From positions 86,800,001 through 86,864,000 of the forward strand of contig OZ024747.1 in NCBI GenBank assembly GCA_964016885.1: a stretch of DNA of 64,000 nt. Direction: 5' to 3'. Shown piece by piece: positions 51,172 through 64,000 of this stretch. This DNA comes from Eledone cirrhosa. Taxonomy: Eukaryota. Both the position numbers and the translations under genes were made by a program. The notes below the pieces were generated by a model. The model made no database searches. It was not told where the DNA came from and was given only the letters and a program-made list of their open reading frames with translations. Positions within the stretch are counted from its first letter, which is position 1; the number at the start of each line of letters is the position of its first letter.

Positions 51172-51415
51172 CCGGTGCTTAACACGGTTTCATGGAGTTA
51201 AGCGACTGAGAGTATAAGACACCCTCTGGACTGGACGCCACTCTATCACTGGGTTAAACCCACAGCTACTGCTGGTACTCATTTTCAGCTGAGTATACTG
51301 GAGCAACGGGAAATAAAGTATTTTGCTCAAGAACACAACACGCAGCCCAGGAATCGAACCCACGACATTATGATCGTAAGTCCAACGCCCTTACCACTAG
51401 ACCACGTGCCTCCAC
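51172..51415 (-). mobile_element. tRNA-derived SINE, same family as 6825-7068
   Basis: gctggtactcattttcagctgagt...ggaatcgaacc...ccactagaccacgtgcctccac. Confidence 0.88.
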
Positions 51416-51453
51416 ACACACACACATACACACACTCACATATATATATGCGC

Positions 51454-51554
<101 letters not shown>

Positions 51555-52254
51555 TCAATCAGTTTTTCCGTTAGAGATTATGTCTTCCGCTCTCAGTAAT
51601 CGAACTAACGACGATGTTCATGAATCCAACGACCCAACCATGATGGCGCATGGATAGGAAGACAGAAATATCTAAAATAGATTGATTTTCTTCCACCTCA
51701 CGTTACCAAAGTGATTTCTCTCATCGAGACAATGATTAAAGAACCAGTAAATGCTCAAGTTCATTTAATCGTATCTATTTATTTTCTATATCCATTAATC
51801 AGAACATTCACACAGATCGATAAGTCGAATGTTCTTTGAAGTATGAGACCACTACTCAGATATGTCATATTTCTGGTTACAAATTGATTCTTAGTATGTT
51901 TTATCATAGGGAAACATATACGTCTCATTGAAAACAAGCACCGTTCCTGAAAAGCAGAACAAATAAATTTACGTCCGTTACCAATGAAAACAAAACGTAT
52001 ATTTCACTAATGTCAATTAGTGTCCCCTAGAGAGTTCAGAAGTCAAAATTTAGGATTAATTGTGCCATATACAAATTCGACTATGATACAAATAGTCTAA
52101 GTTATAATCAAATTTGAAATTACATTAATTCTAGAATAAGGCTGCAAATAATTTTATTAAAATATGATTAAGCATCGCAAGTCATATGAAATTATTAGAA
52201 ATTTTCATTAGCGACACACACACACACACACATATACACACAAATACACCCACA

Positions 52255-52330
<76 letters not shown>

Positions 52331-52332
<2 letters not shown>

Positions 52333-53095
52333 AAGGTAGTACAGCGTAATCGAAGCTCTGATTGGGGCAAGCTAACGAATGCTGTCGGGAGGTGCAGCCA
52401 AAAGCACTCAATAAGGAATGTTACCTTAGAGTTATAACATTACGTTTAGACACCACTGCAAATTGAAGCCAGCGACCGAAATGCGAGCCGCTAGGACCAG
52501 AACAACGACAAAACCGACTCAGGGGAATGTTTGACAGTTACCTGGACCATGGTGGATATATTACATAATATTATATATCTCCACAAGGTTTCTGTAAATC
52601 CGAAATCAACAAAATCCATTTGCAGGTGCCTGCAAGTTAATTGCTCTTTGGAAGATAGAACAGTGGAATTTACTTCGTCAAAAAGTTTTCCTTCTGCCGC
52701 CGCCGGTTGCAAGAACTAGTAGTAAACACTGCTGGTAGTCACGTGGTTTCTCCGAAGGGAGGTAACCCCCAGTTTTGGCGGTCAAATTCAAAATTTGAAC
52801 AAAGAATTTAAATCCTTTACACAAACCGAATAAAAGCTCTCAACTACATGTTATTAAACAAACATAAACAATTAACCAATCAATAGAATTGTCTAATTGA
52901 ATTAATCAATTAATCATTAAATCTATGAGGTAATAATACAAGAAGGTAGTACAACATAATCTAAGCTTTGGTTGCGAGCAAGCTAACGAATGCTGTCGGG
53001 AAGTGCAGCCAAAAGCACTCAATAACGAATGTTACCTTAGAGTTATAACATTACGTTTAGACAGCTATGCAAATTGAAGCCAGCGACCGAAATGT
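52331..53095 (-). mobile_element. Element with ~155-bp direct terminal duplication, abutting (TA)n
   Basis: agaaggtagtaca...gaagccagcgaccgaaatg at both 52331-52484 and 52941-53095. Confidence 0.7.
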
Positions 53096-53232
53096 ATGTA
53101 TATATGTTTGTATGTATTTGTATTTGTATGCATGTATGTGTGTATTTATGTATGTACGTTTGTGCGTGCTTTTGTATGTAGATGTGTGTATGCTTATAAG
53201 ACATGTAGACTATATTGCATTGTATAAGGACC

Positions 53233-53350
<118 letters not shown>

Positions 53351-53475
53351 ATGTAAACCTGTGTTCAATATACTAGATATCGGTGCCAAGGTTCGTCGAA
53401 TAAGGTGTTAAGCATCCACGCATATAAAACTCCGTGTACTTGATTTATTAGTCATTAACTGATTAACTATATTCA

Positions 53476-53485
53476 GACAGACACA

Positions 53486-53572
<87 letters not shown>

Positions 53573-53573
53573 A

Positions 53574-53630
<57 letters not shown>

Positions 53631-53631
53631 A

Positions 53632-53674
<43 letters not shown>

Positions 53675-53693
53675 ACACACATACACACACACA

Positions 53694-53748
<55 letters not shown>
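53476..53748. repeat. (CA)n microsatellite
   Basis: Long CA run with CATA interruptions. Confidence 0.97.
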
Positions 53749-53749
<1 letters not shown>

Positions 53750-54497
53750 ATTGGTCCTTATGGAATCCCCAAGAAGATAGTGGACCTGATATAACTGCTC
53801 TACACAAAGACCAAAGCCCAAGTCATTACACCTGATGGGATGACAGAGTTCTTTGAGATACTGGCTGGAGTGCTCCAGGAAGATACATTGGCTCCCTACC
53901 TTTTTATCATCGTAGTGGACTATTGTATGCACCTTGCACTGGAGAAACACCAGGACTCTGGCTTTACTGTAGCACCGGCTCAGAGCAGGAGAGTTAGGGC
54001 GAGTTAAGGCGAAGAAGATATCAGATGCTGAATTTGCCGACGACATAGTTTTGGTGACAAATACAGTGAAGGAGGCAAAGGATTTGATGCGGGAGGCTGA
54101 GACTGTGTCGATGAGTGTGGGGCTGAGAATGAATGAGATTAAAAAAAAATATCTGGTAGAGAATGTTGAGAAGCCAGAGGGGATCACCAATGTAGGCGGG
54201 AAGCCGCTAGAATTGGTTGAGGACTTCCTGTATTTCAGAGCAAAGATTGGGAATACGGAAGATGATGTGGTTGAGAGGAACAGCAAAGCCTGGGCAGCGT
54301 GCCACAGCTTGAGATCAGTGTGGAAGTCGGACCTTCGTAAAGACCTGAAAATCCGCCTCTTCATTGCTGTAGTGGAGTATGTGCTGCTGTACGGGTCTGA
54401 GACTTCGACGCTGACCAAGAAACTCACTCAGATGGTGGATGGGTGCTACACGAGAATGCTGAGGATGGCTCTGAACATTAATCAGTATACACTGAGG
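53750..54497 (+). mobile_element. Degenerate RTE-like LINE RT fragment
   Basis: GVLQEDTLAPYLFIIVVDY, EFADD, LLYGSETSTL and YTRMLRMAL motifs. Confidence 0.8.
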
Positions 54498-57300
54498 ATG
54501 AAAAGAAAATACAGTATAAAATCAACAAGTGACATAGACATCCTGATAGAAATAATCAAGCAAAAAGTGTCGGCCAAAGCTGCTCGTATAGGGCGCTTTG
54601 AAAAACGATCTAGATTCTATAAGGACAATAATATGTTCAAAAACAACCAAAGAAACTTCTACAGAAAAATTGTCAAGTCAACAATAACTGCTAAATCAAT
54701 ACCACCCAAGGAGGAAGTGCAAGAATTCTGGGAAAAGATCTGGGCCGAAGAAAAAGTTCATAACATACATGCCCCATGGATAGACAGACAAATGAAAGAT
54801 ACAGCTCACCTTGAAGAACAAATATGGGAAAATATAACAGTTGAACAGTTGCGCTTGGCTCTAAGAAAAACCAGCAAATGGAAATCCCCAGGAAAATACA
54901 AAATACAAAATTTTTGGATAAATGCCTTCACAGAGTCTCATGAGCTGTTAGCCCAACTTTACAAAAAAATAGTTAAGGAGCCAGAAAAGATACCATCATG
55001 GCTAGTTAACGGCATTACATTCCTGCTTCCGAAGCATGATGAGACAAACAATCCCAAAAATTACAGACCGATAACTTGCTTGACCACAATGTATAACATT
55101 TTAACATCAGTCCTAACTGAATATACATATGACCACCTGATAACAAATGACCTATTTCCCATTGAGCAGAAAGGGTGTAAACGAGGCTCATATGGCTGTA
55201 AGGATCAGCTTTTGGTTAACAAAATGATACTGGAAGATTGTCATAATAGACACAAAAATCTATCAATTGCTTGGATAGATTATAAAAAAAGCATTCGATA
55301 GTTTGCCACACAGTTGGATTGAAAAATGTTTAGAGATTTTCAAAATATCCCCCGTTGTCAGGAGGTTTTTGTCATTCAGTATGAAGACATGGAAAACGAC
55401 ACTCCTTTTGAATAGTGAAACAAAATCACTGGTAGCTGGAGAAGTTAATATTAATTGTGGAATTTTTCAGGGTGACTCTTTATCACCGCTTTTATTCTGC
55501 ATCGCACTTATACCATTAAGTAAAATGCTCAATGAAACAAAACATGGATATAAAGTCTATGACAAAACCATTAATCACTTGTTCTACATGGATGACCTGA
55601 AACTATTTGCAAAAAATGATGAACAATTGTAAGGGCTATTATCCACTGTGAAGCAGTTCAGTGATGACATTAAAATGGAGTTTGGACTAGATAAATGCGC
55701 CAAAGCCACGTTCACCAGAGGAAAGCTGCTGAAAAGTTCAGACATTAATCTTGATCAGGGGAATGTGATAGAACTTGATCAAGAGGAAACTTACAAATAT
55801 CTAGGTGTTTGTGAAGGAGACGGAATCAATCACTCGACAATGAGGGAAAGGATAAGGAAGGAATGTTACCGCAGAGTAAGAGCAATCTTAAGAACGGAAT
55901 TGAATGCAAGGAATAGGAACGAGGCCATAAACACGCTTGCCATACCAGTAGTAACCTACAGTTACAATGTCATCAACTGGTCAAGCACAGAGATCGTAAG
56001 CTCGATACAAAAATTCGAAAATTCTTAACCATGAACAGAATGCATCACCCTAAGGCAGATACAGATTGAATATATCTCCCTAGGAAAGAAGGAGGACGTG
56101 GGTTAATCCAGTTAGACATTGCGTTGAAAACTGCAACAATTGGATTATCTACATATCTAAGGGAATCACATGATTGGATGATCAAACTCGTTTTGAAACA
56201 CGAAAGCATCAAAAGATCATACTCCATTACAAAAGATGCACAAAGATACAGTAATGGACTACAAATTTCAGAAGTCCCATTTACTGCTGAAATGGAAAAC
56301 ACAGAAAAAGCAAAGCAGGTAAAAGTAACTGCAAAGAAAGAACTGCTACAGAAACTGGCTAAGAAATGGCAAGAAAAGCCTCTGTATGGAAAATACCCAG
56401 AAAGAGCTAACAATTGTGATGTTGACAAAACTTTAACCCATCGGTGGTTGGCATCCTCTGGACTGAAATCGGAGACTGAAGGACTGATTATATCAGCACA
56501 AGATCAGTGTCTGCCAACAAAAAATTACCAAGCCAACATAATAAAAAATGGATGCAACCCATTATGCCGCGTGTGTAAAAAACAACCAGAGACCATTGAT
56601 CATATAATTTCAATGTGCAGTCCTATAGCTCCAACCGAATACCTAAACAGGCATGACAGAGCTGCACAATATATACATTGGATAATGTGTAAGCATTTTG
56701 ACCTGCCCCATCAAAAGAATTGGTGGGAGCATCAACCACCTCCCATACTTGAAAAAGATCACATCTCAATCTTGTGGAACTTTAGCATCCAAACAGACCG
56801 AAAAATAGATGCAAATAGACCTGATATAATATTGAAGGACTTTAAAAAGAGGGTATGCCTGCTAATTGATATGTCCGTTCCAATAGACAAGAATGTATCT
56901 ATAAAAACATTTGAAAAATTGAGCAAGTATAAGGACCTGGAGATAGAAATTGGAAAAATGTGGAAATTGATAACTAAAACAATACCAGTGGTTGTAGGCG
57001 CTCTAGGAATGATACCTAAGGGGTCTAATGATTACTTCTCGCAAATCCCAGGAAACCCGCGTATAGGAGAAATACAAAAGATAGTACTAATGGGAACTGC
57101 CCATATACTAAGGAAGATTCTGTCAATATAAGTACATCACAAGTCTAAACACCTTAAGATGCATGTGTGTGTATGTATGTTCTTTCTTGAACATGGCGGA
57201 CCTTGTCTCTTGAGGTCACTGGTTGTGACTTGGTGATAACTCGTATGAACATAAAGCAAGATAAATGCAACTATAATAATAATAATAATAATAATAATAA
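54498..57300 (+). mobile_element. 5'-truncated Dong/R4-type non-LTR retrotransposon with (TAA)n tail; ORF broken by frameshifts and stops
   Basis: WKSPG, NYRPITCL, EQKGC, WIDYKK, GIFQGDSLSPLLF, FYMDD, YKYLG, CRVC..HIISMC, RHD, RPDII..IDMSVP and KLSKYKDL motifs, then (TAA)n at 57273-57300. Confidence 0.95.
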
Positions 57301-57330
57301 ATTTGAAGACTTTGCTTAAACTTTAATCTG

Positions 57331-57414
<84 letters not shown>

Positions 57415-58261
57415 GGGGGGAGAAGGATTGGGGGTTACCAGTTTAGATTAGTAAGACCATGTCCAGCTAAGTACGCGATGCTTGGGAATATAAAGTGCAT
57501 ATATAGCGAAAAGAGCGTGCCTGACAGCTGTGTGTATATGTGTGTGTTTACATCGTATTTCTGCTCCAAGAGTTTTACTTGTGTTTGTGCTTATCTTTTA
57601 CATATGTGGTGTATTCGTATTTGTATACTCAAGTACAACACCAACCAAACTGTGTGTAACTTTAATTGTCTATGCACATGTGTCTTTGTATGTACTCTTT
57701 TGCATCTCTACTTGTGTCCCTCTTTACTCCGTGTGAATTCATTCATATGTGTCAGAATATTTTTGTAATCAGTTACTAGTTTAGAAAACATTGAGAATGG
57801 AGGAAGGAACACAATAGAGAGTTTAAGGTAGAATTTAAATAAGGTTAATTCATAGTATGACATAAAAAAGTAAAGACGTTTATAGATTTAGAGGTGCACT
57901 AGATTAATTAAAAATCAAAATTAAATTATAGAAAATCAACAGAACCTACCCATTTAATAAACCTTTTTTGTAATGCGAGAAATGGCATCTCCTCCAAAGT
58001 AGGCCCGCTCATAAATTGTTAAACTAGAAGTGTAGTGTATAACATAAGGTGAACAAAATACTAATGTAGAAACACGACCGTGGTAGACATAGGAGAAACG
58101 GCTCATACTTAAGCTGCTTTAGATAATTTTTCCAGAATCATTTTCAAATTAAAAAAAAGTAGTTGTTTGCAAGCAAGCTGAAGTACGAAAAAATAGAAGA
58201 ACGTCATATGAACGTCATAATAATCTAGCTTTTATAATTTTCGAAAAGTGTGTGGTTTTCA

Positions 58262-58455
58262 TAAACGCCAACAAGCGAGAAACAGACTGGCAGTCACTTC
58301 TCTTGTGGTTTTTTCGAAATTAAGTAAGTGACATACTCACTACTTTAAATCTCATAGCGAATGGTCTTCTAAATGTTTTAAATTAAACATACAGTATATT
58401 GCCAAATATACTATACATACATTCATGTATATATCGCTATTTCAGAGCACCAATA
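58262..58455 (+). mobile_element. Diverged single arm of the 4770-5232 family
   Basis: gaaacagactggcagtc...aagtaagtgacatactcactactttaaa...acagtatattgccaaatatact...atttcagagcaccaat. Confidence 0.8.
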
Positions 58456-58457
58456 CT

Positions 58458-58575
<118 letters not shown>

Positions 58576-58935
58576 TGTGTACGTGTGTGTTTGTGACTCT
58601 GTGTATGTATGCGTGAGAGTGTGCGTGTATGTCTAAATGTGTTCTTTTCTGTGTTATTTCTCGGAAACTATCTGTTCAATAAAAATATTTCGATAAAACA
58701 TGTACGATAAGGCTTGTCTTGATATGATCGATTAAAACTCTTCAAAACCGTGCCCCAGAATAGCCCCAATCTAATGATGTAAACGAATAAAAGAAGAAAA
58801 GAATACTTATTTCTAGGATTGTTAATGATGTTCAAGAGATTAACCTTAGACATTATGCTTAAAACTAATATAATATTTAGCTTTGTAAACATAATATTTA
58901 AATATATCAATCATCATTAAATGTATATTAAATGA

Positions 58936-59128
58936 AGGCGGTGGATTGGCAGTATCGGTAGAGGGTCGGATGTCATGTTTTGACGCATAGAGTTACGGCC
59001 CTTACTATTCTGAGTTCAAATCCCGCCGAGGTCAACTTTGCCTTTCATCCTTACGGGTCGATAAAATAAAGTACCAGTAATGCACTGGGTAATTGCTGGC
59101 CTTGTGTCTAAAGTAGAAACAATTATTA
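58936..59128 (+). mobile_element. Full-length OK-like tRNA-derived SINE
   Basis: A box TGGCAGTATCGG, B box GTTCAAATCC, and an AT-rich tail. Confidence 0.9.
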
Positions 59129-59759
59129 AATGTATATGAGGGCTCTTGTATTTTCATCTGGAAAAATTGAAAGCTAATATGTTCTGATTCCTTTCATACT
59201 GTGTAAAGTTCATCATCAATCATAATAAAATATATATGTGAATCATTGTCTATTCATTCTCTTGGAAGAATTGATAACCATAATTTATATTTGGAACGCT
59301 AGCTAAAGTTAGCTAAGATAGTTTCATTTCATAATGTATCTGTAATTTATTTTTGTATTATCTTAAGATTACATGGTGACATCAAAATGTGAAGTGAATG
59401 TGTAGGTACAAAGTTAAAGGAAAAGGGACATAGGGAGGCGGGGGACTGTAAATAAATGATCACTATTTCATTGGTTATGTATATATATATATATATATAT
59501 ATATACAATCATAGCATATACATGGAGTTATGATAGATAAATAGATGGACAGACAGCTAGACAGCCAGATAGTTATATATATATTGAGTTGTCTCCCTTG
59601 TGAATAAACTATCGACATCTGCCACGCAGAATCCAGTCAACTTCTATATACTTCCGTTCTCACCGCAGCCATACACGGGTGGAAAATCCGTGCAGTGAAA
59701 CGCGCGTCTTTGAGTATGGTTTCCTTTGCTAATATGTTGTGGAACTAACTCTCTGTCAT

Positions 59760-59873
<114 letters not shown>

Positions 59874-61267
59874 TATATATAGAGAGAGAGAGAGGGGAGA
59901 GAGAGAGATTAAGTAGAAAGACAGATTGTGGACTGTTCAGAAAGATAGAATACATGGGGCTTTTATGAGTATATATAATCGAAATGTTTCTAGTGATTCT
60001 TCCCATCAGATAAGTATCTCTTCACCTTAGCCAAACTCTCGAATGTTTTTTTTAATGCATAAATATATCGTGTATGCTTTCATATACACGCATATGATCA
60101 AATACACTCTGTTAGTTCCACTTCTAAATATTTGATAATATATTTGTTGATAATAATAATCATGGCATGATCAGGACTGAACTACCATTCATCATGATTT
60201 CGTTCCATAAAAACTGATCTGGGATTAATCGACAGCAACACATTTTTATAGCTTAAGTCATGGAGTCACGGTCTCTGCTTCTGCAGGATATAATAGTTAA
60301 ATTTCCAATCACACGCTACCTTCTTTAGATAGAAAAACTCAACTTATGTATGTGTATTTAAGAACGCAACAGCGGACTGTATTGAAATATAGTTTGCTGC
60401 TAATTAAATGGTTAAAAAAGAACTAGTAATGAGGCAGTCCCTAGAATTTGACGTTGAACATGTGGTATGGCAGTTACATATATTTCGCTGTTGATATATC
60501 ATTCGATTGAAAATGTATTCTATCGTTGAGAGGAGAAAGTACTTATTAAAACAATCGTTATTGGGTGACAAACGTCTGACTCGTTCCACTTATACGATAT
60601 ATAAAACAGTGATTACATTTTGGTTCCATTCATTTGAACGAATTCTTTAGAAAAATATATCTTTTGATAATGGGAGATTTATAGTTCTTGTTCCTCGTTT
60701 TATTTTCAACAACTTCTTCAAACGTTAACTTTTTGGCCTTATAACCTTTTAGAAATTCTATATTTTTCTCGGCTTGCAATTTTGTGAATAGGTCTTTCTC
60801 CTCTGAGCCATAATACTTGATATTAACTTTGTATTGACGAGCAATGTCGACATGTAGATGGGTTTAAAATCACAAAGTAAAGAGGTGTAGCTTATTACTG
60901 CAAGGAATGTTGACCAATTCTCAGTTTTGTGAAACCGACGCCTTCAAATTTGACTAGCATTAAACATATTCAAACTAACATAAAAATATGGCACAGGTAA
61001 GAGATCATGGGTTCCCAGGAAGGTCACGTGTATTTTCATTTCCCCTCAGACTAAAAATTAATATAAATTCAAAGATCATTCAAGATTTCTGGAGCTCCGC
61101 CAAATGGTCTTCTATAGATTTCTTAGCTAAGAAGCTACTATTGTTCAATGCTGCTGCACAAATAAAATGGTTTTAGGCAATAGATTGTTATAAAAATTCA
61201 TTTAGTGAACCCAATTATATAATCATCTCATATGGTTAACTTTACACATTCATATGTGTTTTCGTTT

Positions 61268-61326
<59 letters not shown>

Positions 61327-61574
61327 CTGTCTCTAATACGTAAGCATCTCAATGAAAAGATGATATAATAATCGATTGTCTACTCAGAGAAGTAATAAAA
61401 TATATATCAATCTAAGCTAAAATGTTTGCACCGACTAAAATAATCGGTTTTACTCAAAGTTCCCCAGTCATGGTTTCTGGGATTAAAAAAAACCCATTAA
61501 CCATTGCAAGACAGAGGAATAACCAGTATTGGAAGAATTACAATTCCGTCATCAGGGGAGAATTCTTTGGAATA

Positions 61575-61830
61575 AGAAAAGAAGTTGAATACATATCATA
61601 CATACCATGTCGACCTTGAAAAGGCATATGACCGTGTTCCTCGGGAGCTGTTGTGGAAAGGGGTGCATGAGTATGGAATCATCCTCTCAAGAAAGCCTGC
61701 ACAGTGATTTGTATATTGTGAATGGAGTTCCACTGAAGCAGCTGGAGACGTTCAAGTATCTCGGGGCCGTGTTCAGGAGTTATGGAAGGCAGGAGGCTGG
61801 ATTAAGTGTAGGAACAGAAGCTGGTGCAGA
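61575..61830 (+). mobile_element. Degenerate RTE-like LINE remnant
   Basis: VDLEKAYDRVPRELLW and VNGVPLKQLETFKYLGAVF. Confidence 0.75.
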
Positions 61831-62249
61831 ACAAGCAAGCTCGTGAAATATATGTGCAAGTGGTTGAGTATTTCAGAGGCACGTGTACCAGTAACGTAAT
61901 TCTCAGGGAGATTCGGTATGACAGAATATTAATAAAGCTGGCTCTTTTAAATACCCGTGTAATCAGTGCACGCAACAAGTATCCAATTACCTTGTTAGGA
62001 ACATATGGGACGTAATTATTGCGCAGTGACCTTCTTAAGCTGCGTCCACATTGTCATAATAAATATGTAAATGTCGCCGAAAATTTAGAAGAAAATCAGA
62101 ACCATCTTTATTTAGATTCAAAACATAAAGAAACGAGGGAAAATATCGTAAACATCTTGTCTGCTCCATTTTATCCACCTGGACTGGATGAAATGATTTG
62201 CACCTGTAATTCAAGGAACTAGTCTTGACACAGACTGTCACATTTATTT

Positions 62250-62485
62250 TCACCGAGAACTAAGTTAAGGGTACACTTGTTTGTGGAATGCTCAGCCACT
62301 TGCACCTTAATTTTACGAGCAAGCTGTCTTTCCTGTGTTCTAACAACTGGATTACGCACTGTCGTTACCGGCTGTTCACCGAGAACTAAGTTAAGGGTAC
62401 ACTTGTCTGTGGAATGCTCAGCCACTTGCACCTTAATTTCCTGTGTTCTAACAACTGGAATACGCACTGTCGTCACCGACTGAGC
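62250..62485 (+). repeat. Two tandem copies of a ~110-127-bp unit (likely a retroposon 3' end)
   Basis: tcaccgagaactaagttaagggtacacttg at 62250 and 62377. The second copy has a short internal deletion. Confidence 0.85.
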
Positions 62486-62957
62486 AACGGTACACATGTC
62501 ATACATGACCTGCTTTCTCCAACAAGTATTTATTGGAGAAAATGTAATTGTCAATTTCGAAGTCTAATTCCCATCTGTCCCAAATGATTCTTTAATAATA
62601 GAAACAAATATTTTGATGATATTTTGGTACATCTTTCGGATTTTCGTTTTGATTATTATTTTGTTGCAGTAAAAAGAGATAATTTTAATTATCTTTATCT
62701 TCTCTTAATAATGTCTGTCAGTTTCGATTTTTAGAAAAACGTTTAAAAGGAAATGTGGTAATCAACATCTAAAGACAGTAATAATTGTTGCAGATTCAAT
62801 CATTGAAATATCATTGGGTTTCTCAATGTTTGCTAATTCATAGACACACTGGTACAGTCATTACCGGCTCCGCGCTTTCTACAACAAGGTAGACAACCCC
62901 TATTTACTTCAATCGGGTGCTCTGTCCTCATATTGCATATCACGCTTTGTATATAAA

Positions 62958-63078
62958 TTCTTCTTCTTCTTCTTCTTCTTCTTCTTCTTCTTCTTCTTCT
63001 TCTTCTTCTTCTTCTTCTTCTTCTTCTTCTTCTTCTTCTTCTTCTCCTCCTCCTCCTCCTCCTCCTCCTCCTCCTCCT
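62958..63078. repeat. (TTC)n(TCC)n compound trinucleotide repeat
   Basis: Direct reading. This repeat explains the poly-R/E/K/S/P ORFs. Confidence 0.97.
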
Positions 63079-63404
63079 TCGCAACTATCTCCAATTGATC
63101 CGAGCTCATGAATGGTATCCAACCATCTTGCTCAGAGTCTAAACCTGGATCTCCAACCGGTTGGTTTTGCACGTATAATTGTCCAGTGATTCTTATCCTA
63201 GACATTCTGATCACATGTCCACAGTATTGAAGCTGTGAGGGGGCCAGACAAGATGATATTCTGGAAATGTGAGGCCAAACAATATGAGCTCAGTGTGATT
63301 AAACCCTAATCTACATGATTGTGTATCTTTCTTCTTATTGTATGGTGATGCATACCTTATTGATGTCAACTATATTGTTTACTCGTACTTTTTTCTCTTC
63401 AGAG

Positions 63405-63560
63405 TGGATGCAGTATATTCAAATGGTTAAGTGGTCACCTATCAATAATTAGGCCTCATATTCATTCCCACTGCGTGGCATCTTTGACAAGTGTCTTTTA
63501 CCATTGCTTCAGATTCACCCAGAGTGGAATGGGGTCAAACGGAAACTGTTTGGAAGGATT
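63405..63560 (+). mobile_element. Old SINE fragment
   Basis: ggatgcag...tggttaag...ttcccactgcgtggcatctttgacaagtgtctttta. Confidence 0.5.
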
Positions 63561-64000
63561 TCATAGGATTGTACCTTTAATTCAAATAGCCAGCCTTTTC
63601 CCAAATAAACATGTCATGCTTATTTATTCTGAGGTACACGTTATGTGTACAAATATCAGTACAGCCACTTACACGTTTATTCCACGAGTAGGCACCTGGG
63701 ATCAACACCAATCCCACTATACGATGTAGTATTTCGTCATATTCAGGTAATGTTTTTGCTACCTATTATCCAGTTACAATTACTAAAACCGAGAAGAGCT
63801 CACGTCAACCTTGCTACATCCATCTAATCAAATCTAATGTTCGAGTATATTAGCGTGAGAATATCATTATTAATCTAATTTGATGAAATCAAGCACTACT
63901 GCAGCGTTAACTGTTCTCCAGTCATTTCGTGACAAATTGACACCCGAATGTGGTGACAACAATTACTTTGAAGCAACCCTGACAAGATATCCTTGTATAT

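Noticed and set aside
58936-59030. tRNA gene
   Set aside because: A and B boxes belong to a multi-copy SINE head, and no cloverleaf could be folded
62833-63214. Poly-Arg/Glu/Lys/Ser ORFs
   Set aside because: Translations of the (TTC)n(TCC)n repeat

Overview
AT-rich eukaryotic (non-coding, repeat-dominated) DNA, most likely from an octopod cephalopod (inferred from the tRNA-derived SINE families and the extreme TA/GT/TACA microsatellite load). I can support no host protein-coding exon. Nearly all long ORFs in the track are microsatellite translations. The real coding remnants are all transposon-derived: a 5'-truncated RTE-clade LINE with an open RT ORF (14876-17188, -), R4/Dong-type restriction-like-endonuclease retrotransposons (8345-9830 -, 54498-57300 +, plus fragments), a Chapaev3-like transposase fragment, a Penelope-type GIY-YIG remnant, Helitron-like and MITE-like elements, and about 20 SINE copies or fragments. 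The main hidden signal is a dense set of type I hammerhead ribozymes. I read 11 with intact CUGANGA/GAAA/NUH cores, 3 with core mutations and several half-ribozymes. They belong to at least five unrelated short element families that mostly abut (TA)n tracts and occur as fold-back palindromes, pLTR-like duplications or a 310-bp tandem retrozyme-like array. This points to a Penelope-driven, ribozyme-bearing, microsatellite-targeted retroelement system. Ribozyme calls come from manual base-pairing only and have not been tested with covariance models or cleavage assays. Repeat boundaries are approximate.
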